Virus record (IMG/VR): IMGVR_UViG_3300045988_116799
Location: 1 to 64,000 of that record
Length of the DNA: 64,000 nucleotides
Direction: 5' to 3' (one strand)
Source of the DNA: a virus
Shown: in pieces, positions 36,816-45,704 of the stretch
How the letters are laid out: each line of letters opens with the position of its first letter
Numbering within the stretch: the stretch's first letter is position 1
Position numbers and translations under genes: made by a program
The notes under the pieces: model-generated
What the model was told of the DNA's origin: nothing
The model's database searches: none
Seen by the model: the letters and a program-made list of their open reading frames with translations, nothing else

Positions 36816-37241
36816 TTAGAGCCACAATTTGAGGTATCGTCTTTTGTATGTTGTAAAGCCTTTTACCTCCATAGCTTTATTGATTGTACCGTCCTTTTTT
36901 ATTATCATTACCTTGTCACCTTCACGAGGTAGTATTTTATACTTGTGTTTGGAAAGAGGAGCAATTACTTCATACGAGTAAGCATACCGTTGCCCGTCAT
37001 TCAAACTTACAAGCTTTGCACTGGTGTTAGGATAAATAAGGCATTTGCCGAATTCTAAAAATCTTGTTGCAGTCGCTTCTACAGGATTTCCATCCTCGTC
37101 ATAACCGCCACCAATATTTTCGTGTTCCACTTCAAAATTAGGCTCTCCATTGTCGTTCATGTCAAAGAACCTGTCTCCAACCTGAACATAGCCAACATCG
37201 TAAACCTTAATCTGTACCTGTAGCTTATCCTCAAAGTTCAT
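36816..37241 (-). CDS. head-tail joining protein
   Basis: Position only. Confidence 0.5.
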   Translation of the reverse strand: MNFEDKLQVQIKVYDVGYVQVGDRFFDMNDNGEPNFEVEHENIGGGYDEDGNPVEATATRFLEFGKCLIYPNTSAKLVSLNDGQRYAYSYEVIAPLSKHKYKILPREGDKVMIIKKDGTINKAMEVKGFTTYKRRYLKLWL

Positions 37242-37254
37242 GTCTTACCCTCCT

Positions 37255-37608
37255 TTACCAAACGCTTACACTTCGCAACCAATAATCGTCCGAATCTTCA
37301 TTAAGAACAAGGTCAGCATCCAATCCAGCGTCTTTGGCGATAGATTTAATCATATCGTCAATCAAGCTGTTCTTATCCTTATAGCCTTGTGATATGCCGC
37401 CCACATTCTCGCTTGAAAGCACACGCATCTTATACAAAATGCGCATTGCAGCATAAGCTACAGGCTTCTTTACAGGCACTGAATATGTATCATCAACACT
37501 TGCCGATGTGCTATACTTGTCGGCTGCGTCGATAAACATTTTCTCTATTGCTTCGTCAGAAGTAGAGAATGGCTGTATTTCACTTGCAATAGCTTCCGAG
37601 ATTGTCAT
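37255..37608 (-). CDS. head-tail connector protein
   Basis: Position only. Confidence 0.5.
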   Translation of the reverse strand: MTISEAIASEIQPFSTSDEAIEKMFIDAADKYSTSASVDDTYSVPVKKPVAYAAMRILYKMRVLSSENVGGISQGYKDKNSLIDDMIKSIAKDAGLDADLVLNEDSDDYWLRSVSVW

Positions 37609-37664
37609 GCTGTCCTTGTCTTAATGTTACAACTTACTACATTTAGAGTTCTTAAGACAACCTT

Positions 37665-38756
37665 TTACTTGGTTGTCTTGAGAATAAAGAGGTCGTTCAA
37701 GCCGTTAAAAACAGGCTGCGCCCACATATCGTAGTTTACATGATAGCCTGTATTGTCACGCCAATAACCTACAAGGTTGTCGTCGTGAGAAGAATATGAG
37801 ACGTTCGGAATTGGGTCTACCAACTCCAATGGGTCGGAGATCTTCATTATTGCTACCGTTTCAGTACACTGTGCTACAACACGGTCGTCAACGATTAGAT
37901 TGACTGTTGAGCCGTCTGCAAGAGTTACGAACTGGTTTTCGTCAATCTGTATTGCGGGCAGCAGAACAGAGCGCAGATAAGTGTTTACTTGGTCTACTGT
38001 AAGCATCGGCACGGCAGGGTTAATCTGTACAGTGCCAAGGTTAAGCTTGAACGTGTCCTTGATTTCCTTCGCCTTACACATCTTGTAGAATGTGTTTTCA
38101 GACATACGGAGCTTCATAATCTTGCGACCCTTCTTCGTTGCCTCGTCCTTAAGCATCATGATGTCGGCAATTGGCGTTGCTGTCTCTGTACCCCAGTTGT
38201 TGGTAACGGAAAGCTCCTTGATGCCGAGGTCGAAGGTGTAGGACACGTTTGCCTTTGCGTTGTTGGTGCGAGAGACAGTTTGTTTGCCCGTGTATAATCC
38301 TTCATAATAAAGCATATCAAGACGTTTGTGTGGTGCAATAACAGCACGCTCAAACGGACGGAAAGAAAACTCTATAAGTTTGTCGTAATGTGCATTGAGT
38401 TGTTCCTGCGTATAATCACGGCCTTCAGCGTCACGATAACGACCTTCAAGCTGATGCAGCTGGTCAAGATAATTGTTGTCAAGCTCCCACTCATCACCAT
38501 AGCGACCAATAGAGCCAGTCAACTGACCAAAGTCAGGCATATGATGTACAGGCTTCTCAGCGTTCTGGGCGATAACAGAACCAACCATGGCAGCAGTGTA
38601 TTCTGCGAGATTAGCCTGATAAACCTTTGCAGCACAATATTCTACCTCTTTAATCTCGTTCTTCCACAAAGCTTTATAAGTGGAGGTCTTCATGCTTTTG
38701 TCAATATAGCTCTGAAAAGATTTTGGGTCTAATAGCTGTTTTAGAATACTATTCAT
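37665..38756 (-). CDS. major capsid protein
   Basis: 363 aa, follows scaffold-like and decoration-like genes (a lambda D-E type order). Confidence 0.7.
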   Translation of the reverse strand: MNSILKQLLDPKSFQSYIDKSMKTSTYKALWKNEIKEVEYCAAKVYQANLAEYTAAMVGSVIAQNAEKPVHHMPDFGQLTGSIGRYGDEWELDNNYLDQLHQLEGRYRDAEGRDYTQEQLNAHYDKLIEFSFRPFERAVIAPHKRLDMLYYEGLYTGKQTVSRTNNAKANVSYTFDLGIKELSVTNNWGTETATPIADIMMLKDEATKKGRKIMKLRMSENTFYKMCKAKEIKDTFKLNLGTVQINPAVPMLTVDQVNTYLRSVLLPAIQIDENQFVTLADGSTVNLIVDDRVVAQCTETVAIMKISDPLELVDPIPNVSYSSHDDNLVGYWRDNTGYHVNYDMWAQPVFNGLNDLFILKTTK

Positions 38757-38806
38757 ACCTTTCTATATTTTGTGTTATTGTTATCCTGTTAATAAATAAC
38801 TTGCTG

Positions 38807-39385
38807 TTACTGAATCTTGAACAACGCAATACCATTAGCGTTCAAGCCTGCCTTGATGTCTGCGTTAATAGGGTAGGGAAGTGAAGCTTCCTCAACCTCC
38901 ATAACACGAAGTGTAGGCTCAACCTGCTGCGAAGCGTCCTTGTCAAGTTCCTTAGTTGCGTAGGTAAAGCCAAGGATTACGTCAGAGTCCTTGTTGTAGT
39001 CAGTAACAATGTCGTTTGCATTGATAGCAGCGTCGAGTCCTGCTGAAAGCGTCACAGTGTCAAGTGTAGCAGTTCTTGCGATAGATGAGATTTTCTTGCC
39101 GCCAATGGTGTCACCCTCCTTAAAGAGAGAACCATGTGCGAGTTTCACTGTTTTGGCAGCAGCTTCAGCCTTTTCTGTAACCTTTGCAGTCTTTACAGCG
39201 ACAGCCTTGCCACCTGTGCCAAGCTTAACAACCGTACCCTTAGGCAACCATTTTAGTTCGGCTGGCAGATTGCTCTGGTCAAGGTCATAGCCGCCCTGTC
39301 TTACAACGCACTGCTCTTCCCACCAAGAACCTTCCTTAATGTCGGTAGGCACGGTCTTTTTGAGGTACATTCCTTTATAAGCCAT
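38807..39385 (-). CDS. head decoration-like protein
   Basis: Position immediately upstream of the capsid gene; beta-rich, 192 aa. Confidence 0.45.
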   Translation of the reverse strand: MAYKGMYLKKTVPTDIKEGSWWEEQCVVRQGGYDLDQSNLPAELKWLPKGTVVKLGTGGKAVAVKTAKVTEKAEAAAKTVKLAHGSLFKEGDTIGGKKISSIARTATLDTVTLSAGLDAAINANDIVTDYNKDSDVILGFTYATKELDKDASQQVEPTLRVMEVEEASLPYPINADIKAGLNANGIALFKIQ

Positions 39386-39414
39386 ACTTTACTAATTTTA
39401 AATTTTACAATTGA

Positions 39415-40104
39415 TTACTTTGTAGCACCTTCGGGCTTCGGAGCGTTACGTTCAGCAAAACCCTCCATGCGCTTGATAAAATCGTCCTGCTCGCTCTGTG
39501 GAGTACTTGTTGTCGGAGCTGTGACGAATGTGCCGTTTGCGACAAGCGACTGCTTCAATGCGGTATAATCGCTTGTTATCTGTTCAACGACATTATTAAG
39601 ATTCTCCTCGTTGTCGAGCGTGTAACGTGAACGGAATATTTCGGGAACGTCCTTGAGCTTTTCGTTGCTTTGCAGCAAAGCGGACAATCTTGCCTTTTCC
39701 TCTCGTTCTTTGTATGGTGCAAGAGCAGCGGCAACAGCGTCTGAGATAGCTTTCTGTTGGTTTGCATTAGATTCGGCAATCATCTTCGCCACGGCATCCG
39801 CTGTAAGTGGTGCATCTGTCGGAGGTGTTGGAGGTGTGGGTGGTACTGGAGGGTCAGTAGGTTTAACCCAACCTTTGTACTTCGACTCTGTCTCACTGAC
39901 CGCACGATTGAATGACGATTGCATCATGCCTACATAAGGCTCGACCGCTGTGATAGCTTTGGTAACGTCCTCGTCTGTTGACTCATCTGTTAGGCCACGA
40001 CTTGCGATAATCTGGTCTACCAGCTTTGAAAGTTCATCCTTCTTCAAACCGTACTTCGCGAATGACGTTTTGCAAGAAGCAAGCACTTTTTCTTTTATTG
40101 CCAT
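39415..40104 (-). CDS. scaffolding protein
   Basis: Helical and acidic, with a PPVPPTPPTPPT linker; first gene of the head operon. Confidence 0.6.
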   Translation of the reverse strand: MAIKEKVLASCKTSFAKYGLKKDELSKLVDQIIASRGLTDESTDEDVTKAITAVEPYVGMMQSSFNRAVSETESKYKGWVKPTDPPVPPTPPTPPTDAPLTADAVAKMIAESNANQQKAISDAVAAALAPYKEREEKARLSALLQSNEKLKDVPEIFRSRYTLDNEENLNNVVEQITSDYTALKQSLVANGTFVTAPTTSTPQSEQDDFIKRMEGFAERNAPKPEGATK

Positions 40105-40147
40105 AGTGTAATTCTGTTTAAACGTTAATGAAAATTTTATCTAACAA

Positions 40148-40155
40148 CAAAATTA
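40148..40155 (-). promoter_or_regulatory. -7 box TAATTTTG upstream of the head operon
   Basis: The reverse complement of caaaatta fits TAnnTTTG. Confidence 0.35.
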
Positions 40156-40376
40156 CATCATAAATGAATGCGTATAAAGAAATTTAAAAAGGCTGTGTAA
40201 ACAATTTTTGTTTTAGCGTGTTTTTCTTTGGTTTTGAATGATGTTTTATGTGTCTGTGTATAAGTTTACATAAATGAAAAGATATTGCATTAGATACAAA
40301 ATAAAACAGGGCACAACGCATTTGTTAGCGTTATACCCCGTAATAATGTGTTATATACAAGCTTCTATAAACTTGT

Positions 40377-40622
40377 TTATATCGTAGTGTTGTCTAAATT
40401 CTCAATATTCTGTTCTATGTTAACAGCAACAGCGTCACGTATTGCGCGAACTGTATCGACTGTCGCATCAATCACGTTTTCTCCTCCTTCTTTATCTCCA
40501 AACAGGCGTATAGCCCGCTCTTGCAATTTTAAAAAATCCCGAAGTAGGTTTAACATTTCTGATGTGGTGTTGCTTACTGTGAATACTATCTCGCTGTTGT
40601 TTGTTGATTTATTGTCGTTCAT
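40377..40622 (-). CDS. hypothetical protein
   Basis: ORF track, 81 aa. Confidence 0.5.
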   Translation of the reverse strand: MNDNKSTNNSEIVFTVSNTTSEMLNLLRDFLKLQERAIRLFGDKEGGENVIDATVDTVRAIRDAVAVNIEQNIENLDNTTI

Positions 40623-40649
40623 AATTTACTCTGATTTTAATAGTTCGTG

Positions 40650-41501
40650 TTACTTGTTTTTGTTTTCTCCGTTAATTTCGGCAATGGCTTGCTTTACATT
40701 AAAATCGTTGCCGTAAAGCGCAATAATAAAGCGTTTGCCACGCTGATTCCATACAAGGGTTGTACTGGTTGATATTTCACCATTGCTTGACTGATAGTTG
40801 TAGGTGCGTGTACCTGCCAAGTTCCAACCTTTATAAGGCATCTTTAAGTGCCATTGTCCCGATTGCGAGTAAATTATACCTAATTCTTTTAGCTTGGCGT
40901 TGAGCGAGCGTGCCGTAATGTGCAAGTCGTCGGCAACTTGCGTTGTTGTAATGCAAGTTGTTGAAGCAAGTGTGTTGTCGTAGTATTCTGCTTTAGGTGC
41001 TGCGATTTTGATTTGCTTGTCTTGCGCATCTATCTGTGCGTCTTTTTGTTCGATAACTATTTCTTGATAACGACCTTGTTCTTCAAGCTCTTTAATGCGC
41101 TTTTCGTGCTCGGCAATAACCTTGTCAGCAACTTTCATTGCACGTGCTAAAATTGTTGCAGGAGTGTCATTCTGTGTTGTTGCAATATAGCCACCTTTGG
41201 TGCGAATTTCGTGAAGGATTTTCTTTACACCTTTCTTGAACTGCTTAGCAATTGGTTTGCGTGATTGCATAAGCAATTCATAAACACCTTCCTCTGTTAA
41301 GAACCACATACTGCCACCACGACTTAACTTTAAATTAAGTCGTTCGTCCTCGTCAACATTGGCAACAGCACGTGACACATTCTTTAAACCAAGCCAATTC
41401 TGTACATCATTAGCCCGAAATAACGGGTTTTCAACAGACCCCCATACATCAATTTCCTTATCAAGGAAGGTTGATTTACTAATAATTCTGATTTCTTCCA
41501 T
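40650..41501 (-). CDS. Bro-N / KilAC antirepressor (copy 1)
   Basis: N-terminal WGSVENPLFRANDVQNWLGLKNVSRAV (Bro-N) and C-terminal AEYYDNTLASTTCITTTQVADDL...LKELGII (KilAC). Confidence 0.8.
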   Translation of the reverse strand: MEEIRIISKSTFLDKEIDVWGSVENPLFRANDVQNWLGLKNVSRAVANVDEDERLNLKLSRGGSMWFLTEEGVYELLMQSRKPIAKQFKKGVKKILHEIRTKGGYIATTQNDTPATILARAMKVADKVIAEHEKRIKELEEQGRYQEIVIEQKDAQIDAQDKQIKIAAPKAEYYDNTLASTTCITTTQVADDLHITARSLNAKLKELGIIYSQSGQWHLKMPYKGWNLAGTRTYNYQSSNGEISTSTTLVWNQRGKRFIIALYGNDFNVKQAIAEINGENKNK

Positions 41502-41714
41502 CTTGTGAACTTTTTAGAAGAATTTAGGCAAACAAAAAGCGGTCGCCATATACGCTGTTCACAAGATGGTAGTCCACTCGTAAGAGCTTCGTTTTTATCT
41601 ATACGTATTGGCGACCGTGTATATTTCGGTCTTAAAGAGCATAAAATATGCCTATCCAGACGAATGAGCATTAACCGCTGCTCCCACGTAATGGTTTACC
41701 ATCATCTTGTGAAC
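41499..41714 (-). promoter_or_regulatory. structured 5' leader of the antirepressor gene
   Basis: Three copies of the 11-mer GTTCACAAGAT (two sense, one antisense) plus a 14-bp stem followed by U5; see findings. Confidence 0.55.
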
Positions 41715-41718
41715 GCCA

Positions 41719-41726
41719 CAAAATTA
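41719..41726 (-). promoter_or_regulatory. -7 box TAATTTTG
   Basis: Within GAACGCCACAAAATTA, which also occurs at 48.3 kb. Confidence 0.45.
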
Positions 41727-41929
41727 TAAATTCTTCTGTAATGTACAAAATTTTTTTTGAGATATTTCTTATAATTTATTTTTCTATTATTTTTAACGTT
41801 GCAAAATTAATAAAAATAGACGTAAAAACCAAGAAAACTAATAAAAATATTAATATTTAATATATATTTTATATTGATATAAATTTGTATAAAAATCATT
41901 TTAATAATTTACTATTAAACAAAATTTAC

Positions 41930-41937
41930 TACATTTG
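41930..41937 (+). promoter_or_regulatory. -7 box TACATTTG
   Basis: 20 nt upstream of the ATG at 41957. Confidence 0.4.
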
Positions 41938-41956
41938 CAGCATAAAATTATTGCTT

Positions 41957-42676
41957 ATGGAATTTTTAAAAATACTTGAATGTCTTTTGAAACGACGCAG
42001 TGTCATTAAAACAGAAAATGCATCGTCAGTGTTTAATTCATGTACAGAAGAAAAGCCTGTTGTCGAATCTTCCGTGCCTACTTCGTGTGTGATAGGAAAT
42101 ATGGTTTTAAATAAAGAATACGATAACGCTATTTTAACAGGAGAAAGGATATTATCAGAATGTCCAGATGATTATTTTGCGCATTGTAATTTAATGGTGG
42201 CTTTATATAAAGTAGGAGACATAGAAAAATGCAACAAAGAGGCAAAGCTTGCTATCATTAAAGGACATCATACTGGATTTTGTGAAAATAGACTTTCTAT
42301 AAATCTATACAAACAAAAAAAATATCATCAGGTTATACAGCTGTCAGATGTTTTAGAAAATTCAAGAGTTGGATTGTTTTTCGAAGATGTTCATAAAAGA
42401 AAACTTAGAGCATTAAAACATATAAAAGAAGCTCTCGACACAGAACATGATATTCTTTTTACAGAAAAAGAAATAGAAGAACTCTATGAAAATGTGGAAA
42501 AACTAAAAAAACTACGCACGTGGTACTTAAATACAAAAAAGAGACTACATGAAATGTGTTATAATGAAGAAAATTATAAACGCTTGTTTGATGGTGATGA
42601 AGAAACGAAAAAACAAATGGATAAATATCAATCTTTAATAGCAGAATTAGATAGAAAATACGGCTATTTGCAATAA
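41957..42676 (+). CDS. AT-rich stand-alone gene, helical repeat (TPR-like) protein
   Basis: Start set at MEFLKILECLLK. Has its own promoter box and terminator, opposite strand to its neighbours, and visibly lower GC. Confidence 0.6.
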   Translation: MEFLKILECLLKRRSVIKTENASSVFNSCTEEKPVVESSVPTSCVIGNMVLNKEYDNAILTGERILSECPDDYFAHCNLMVALYKVGDIEKCNKEAKLAIIKGHHTGFCENRLSINLYKQKKYHQVIQLSDVLENSRVGLFFEDVHKRKLRALKHIKEALDTEHDILFTEKEIEELYENVEKLKKLRTWYLNTKKRLHEMCYNEENYKRLFDGDEETKKQMDKYQSLIAELDRKYGYLQ

Positions 42677-42683
42677 TTTAAAT

Positions 42684-42718
42684 TGTTCGAGATGTTGTGT
42701 ATTAATACATCTCGAACA
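42684..42718. terminator. bidirectional terminator
   Basis: tgttcgagatg / catctcgaaca, 11-bp stem with 13-nt loop. Confidence 0.65.
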
Positions 42719-42723
42719 GTTTA

Positions 42724-43878
42724 TTATAAAGCTATGTAAGAAACACCTTTCTTCGGATTTTTTGTAGCTCTGTCAAGGCTAATCTTGCCGTGATAAATGC
42801 CTTTAACAGTAGAATAGAAAGATGTGCGCTTGATGTTATCTCTTTCTACTGTTGGTATTTTGCCAATACGCTCACATTCTACGCCATTGTCGGTAAGTAT
42901 GATGTTAATCGTCATAGGACCATAATACGACTCCTCAGTGCGTGTCTGAATAACCTTACCCTCAACCTTTACGTGTGTGCCAGTTTCAAGTTTTGTTTCT
43001 GCTTTCAAGCTGTCCTCGTAATTCTTTACCATAAAGAAAGCATATACCGCTTCATCTATATAGGCATAAAAATCGTTTGCCAATCTGTGTGTTTTATCGG
43101 CAAATTCTCCGTCGATAGGTTTGCTTAAAGCGTGTTCACATACTTTGTTAACGTACTCGTTGTTGGCGTTGAATTGTTCGCCACAAAGTATTGTTTCGAT
43201 ATTAGTCAATGTAGGAGAGCGATAGTATGTATCTCTTTCACGATAAGCTTTCTTATAAATAGGGCATTTGTCATATTCAGCTTTTGCCGACATTATCAAA
43301 TCAGCTTTCTTGAAAGCATTTTTGTAAATAGCGTTCGGGTTGCCACCCCACATTTTTAACTCGTCTTTGTCTGTTGAGTAAGACAGGCTGTAGTCATAGA
43401 GTTTGTGCAACTCGTCCGTAAACTTTGAGAGGTAATCAAAACTCTTGATACCAAACTTCTTTACGCATTCGCAGCCAACTTGCAATTCCTCGCCTGTTGT
43501 TACATTCTCTATTACATACGAGTTTTTGCACCAATGTCCGCATACATCACATTTGTTGTAATCTTGTCCGTGAGCAGGATTTTTAAAGATAAGTTCTTTT
43601 GAAGTGTCAACTGGTGTGAATGCTCCGTCTTTAAATGTGCATACAAGCTTCCATCCATTTTCTTCAGGCATATTAACTGTAAGGTCGCATATTTCATGGA
43701 AGGCTTTTATGCATTTGCCTCTCATTCCGTTTTCGTTAATTACAGGATGATAAAATACCTTCATATATGGTTTACCAATTACAAAAGAAAAACCCTCAAC
43801 ATTCTTCTTTGTCTTGTTGGCAAACTTTTTAAAGCTTTCCACATTATCAGCAGGAATAAAAGTTTTGATAGTGTTCAT
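42724..43878 (-). CDS. hypothetical Cys-cluster protein
   Basis: ORF track; CDVCGHWCKN...GCEC cluster; no family recognised. Confidence 0.65.
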   Translation of the reverse strand: MNTIKTFIPADNVESFKKFANKTKKNVEGFSFVIGKPYMKVFYHPVINENGMRGKCIKAFHEICDLTVNMPEENGWKLVCTFKDGAFTPVDTSKELIFKNPAHGQDYNKCDVCGHWCKNSYVIENVTTGEELQVGCECVKKFGIKSFDYLSKFTDELHKLYDYSLSYSTDKDELKMWGGNPNAIYKNAFKKADLIMSAKAEYDKCPIYKKAYRERDTYYRSPTLTNIETILCGEQFNANNEYVNKVCEHALSKPIDGEFADKTHRLANDFYAYIDEAVYAFFMVKNYEDSLKAETKLETGTHVKVEGKVIQTRTEESYYGPMTINIILTDNGVECERIGKIPTVERDNIKRTSFYSTVKGIYHGKISLDRATKNPKKGVSYIAL

Positions 43879-43923
43879 TGTTGTATCTCCTATATTTATT
43901 AGTTGTTATTAATTTTAACACCA

Positions 43924-43931
43924 CAAAATTA
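43924..43931 (-). promoter_or_regulatory. -7 box TAATTTTG
   Basis: Within AACACCACAAAATTAATAA, the reverse complement of the TTATTAAYTTTGTGGTG cassette. Confidence 0.45.
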
Positions 43932-44036
43932 ATAACAATTCTTGAAACGACCAAATAAAACTAATAGAAGTATTAATATTTAAGACATTTTAGGTGATTT
44001 CTTGGGCGTGCAAGTTTTCTTGGAGAATGATAGCAT

Positions 44037-44822
44037 CTATTTTACGGCAGAGGTGTTTTTGAATTTGTTGATAAAATAGCACTGTCCCTTGCCAGTCACC
44101 TTTGTTGTGATTGTTGTATGCATAACGCCATCATTTCCGCTACGCACACCCTTCTTTATCTCGAAAAGTCCTTGCTCGACATATTGTTGGTTGGGGATAT
44201 TGTACCGTTCGCCTTTCTTGCCAAGATAGCCATTGTTCCGCAACCATTCAAACAACTTGTTCTGACCTATTGTAATGCCATTCTGTGTAAGAACTTTTGC
44301 AAGTTCCCCAACAAGACAGCTTGCCTTGCTTCCAACAATAGCATCGGCAAATGTGACCTTAGGCTGCATTTGCATGACCACGCCATTTAAAACAACGATT
44401 TCATGCGCTGATTCTTGCAACGCCTTTTGCTGTCGCTCGATTTTTTCTTGTTGTTCAGCCGCGAGGCGCAGAGCTTCGGCAAATGTCTGTGGCAGTCCAT
44501 ACTTTCCTGTTTTGCGGATTGAGGGTAATACATCGCCACACACCCAATCTTGGAAAGGCTCTGCGATAGGCTTGTCGGAGCGCATAATTAAACGATAGAG
44601 GTTCTGCTCGTTGATAAAGTGTGCTCTTTGTGTGCGCCCCATAGAATCTATGACCTCGATTGAATCTACCCCATCTTCTTTTAGGCGTTTCTTAGCGTCT
44701 GTGGCGTTGTTTATTCCTAATACTCGACAAATGTCTGCCAAGCAAAACAATGGCTCTTCACTCGTCCCTGCTGTTCTAATCTTTCCGAACGCAGGATTTT
44801 CAAATATTTTTATCTCGTTCAT
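44037..44822 (-). CDS. Bro-N / KilAC antirepressor (copy 2)
   Basis: MNEIKIFENPAFGKIRTAGTSEEPLFCLADICRVLG (Bro-N), PQTFAEALRLAAEQQ, and VTFADAIVGSKASCLVGELAKVL (KilAC). Confidence 0.8.
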   Translation of the reverse strand: MNEIKIFENPAFGKIRTAGTSEEPLFCLADICRVLGINNATDAKKRLKEDGVDSIEVIDSMGRTQRAHFINEQNLYRLIMRSDKPIAEPFQDWVCGDVLPSIRKTGKYGLPQTFAEALRLAAEQQEKIERQQKALQESAHEIVVLNGVVMQMQPKVTFADAIVGSKASCLVGELAKVLTQNGITIGQNKLFEWLRNNGYLGKKGERYNIPNQQYVEQGLFEIKKGVRSGNDGVMHTTITTKVTGKGQCYFINKFKNTSAVK

Positions 44823-44834
44823 GTTTGTCGCTTT

Positions 44835-45338
44835 TTATTTCGTTCCAGTAGAATTAAATCCGTGTTCACCTCGTTCCGTGTCTTTGTCTATTGTACCGAC
44901 TTCAAACGTCACGCTGGGAACTTGGACAATGCGCATTTGCGCTATCTTCGTGCCAGCAGGAATATATACGCCATGGTTACCTGCATTACATAGTTCTGGC
45001 GTAGAACCACAACCGACACGCAACAGAGCGCATACCTCACCAGTATAACCACAGTCTACAAGACCGACGAGCACATCTGCATCTATGCGTATGTCAATAT
45101 CACCGCTCCGTTTTCTTCCTTTACAAGCCATGCCCTTTAAAGACATTCCGCTACGTGGTTGTATCACGGCAGCGAGGTGCGGCGGCAACTGTATCTTAAA
45201 GCCGAGAGGGATTGCTGTTCGCTGGTAAGGTACAAGTTCTACGTCTTCTCTTGTAAAAACGTCAAATGCCGCATCTGTTGCGTGTGCTTTTTCAGGCATT
45301 TTGCCACCGCACAATTCAATTTTAATTATCTCGTTCAT
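44835..45338 (-). CDS. dut: dUTP diphosphatase
   Basis: GLVDCGYTGEV and the C-terminal RGEHGFNSTG motifs. Confidence 0.85.
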   Translation of the reverse strand: MNEIIKIELCGGKMPEKAHATDAAFDVFTREDVELVPYQRTAIPLGFKIQLPPHLAAVIQPRSGMSLKGMACKGRKRSGDIDIRIDADVLVGLVDCGYTGEVCALLRVGCGSTPELCNAGNHGVYIPAGTKIAQMRIVQVPSVTFEVGTIDKDTERGEHGFNSTGTK

Positions 45339-45360
45339 ATCTATAATTTTGTTTTAATGT

Positions 45361-45678
45361 TTATTTCAGATGTCCACAATGCCATTTAGAGCAGATAGGA
45401 CAAATGTAAATTTTATAATTCAAAGCTTTTAACTTGGGGTTCTGTTGAAGAAACTCTGCCGCTTCTTCTTCGCTTTCGTAGGCGACTTTAGCCTTCCACG
45501 AATGCTGTGCTGCTTTCGAGTCCAATGCCGAGGGTCGGGATGCAACGGTCTTACGTTGTCTTTGTTTCTTATCTTTCTATTTTTCATTGAGTCTGTTTTT
45601 TATGAGTGCAATTTTAGCCTTTACTTTGTTTATGTTCCGTGCATCGTGGTTGCTTAGTCTTACAACGTGATAGCCCAT
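45361..45678 (-). pseudogene. 105-codon frame with one in-frame TAG (45577..45579)
   Basis: MGYHVVRLSNHDARNINKVKAKIALIKNRLNEK-TAG-KDKKQRQRKTVASRPS...YKIYICPICSKWHCGHLK. The downstream part has no Met of its own. Confidence 0.4.
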
Positions 45679-45704
45679 GCGCCAAATGCCTGACGAACGG
45701 TTGC

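Noticed and set aside
41505-41729. Listed 74-aa + strand ORF upstream of the antirepressor gene
   Set aside because: It lies within the structured leader region on the opposite strand, has no promoter context, and its sequence looks improbable.
45427-45587. ATG-initiated 53-codon basic frame (MKNRKIRNKDNVRPLHPD...) in the dut-proximal gap
   Set aside because: The composition looks like out-of-frame sequence. The overlapping frame with the zinc-ribbon-like end is more protein-like.
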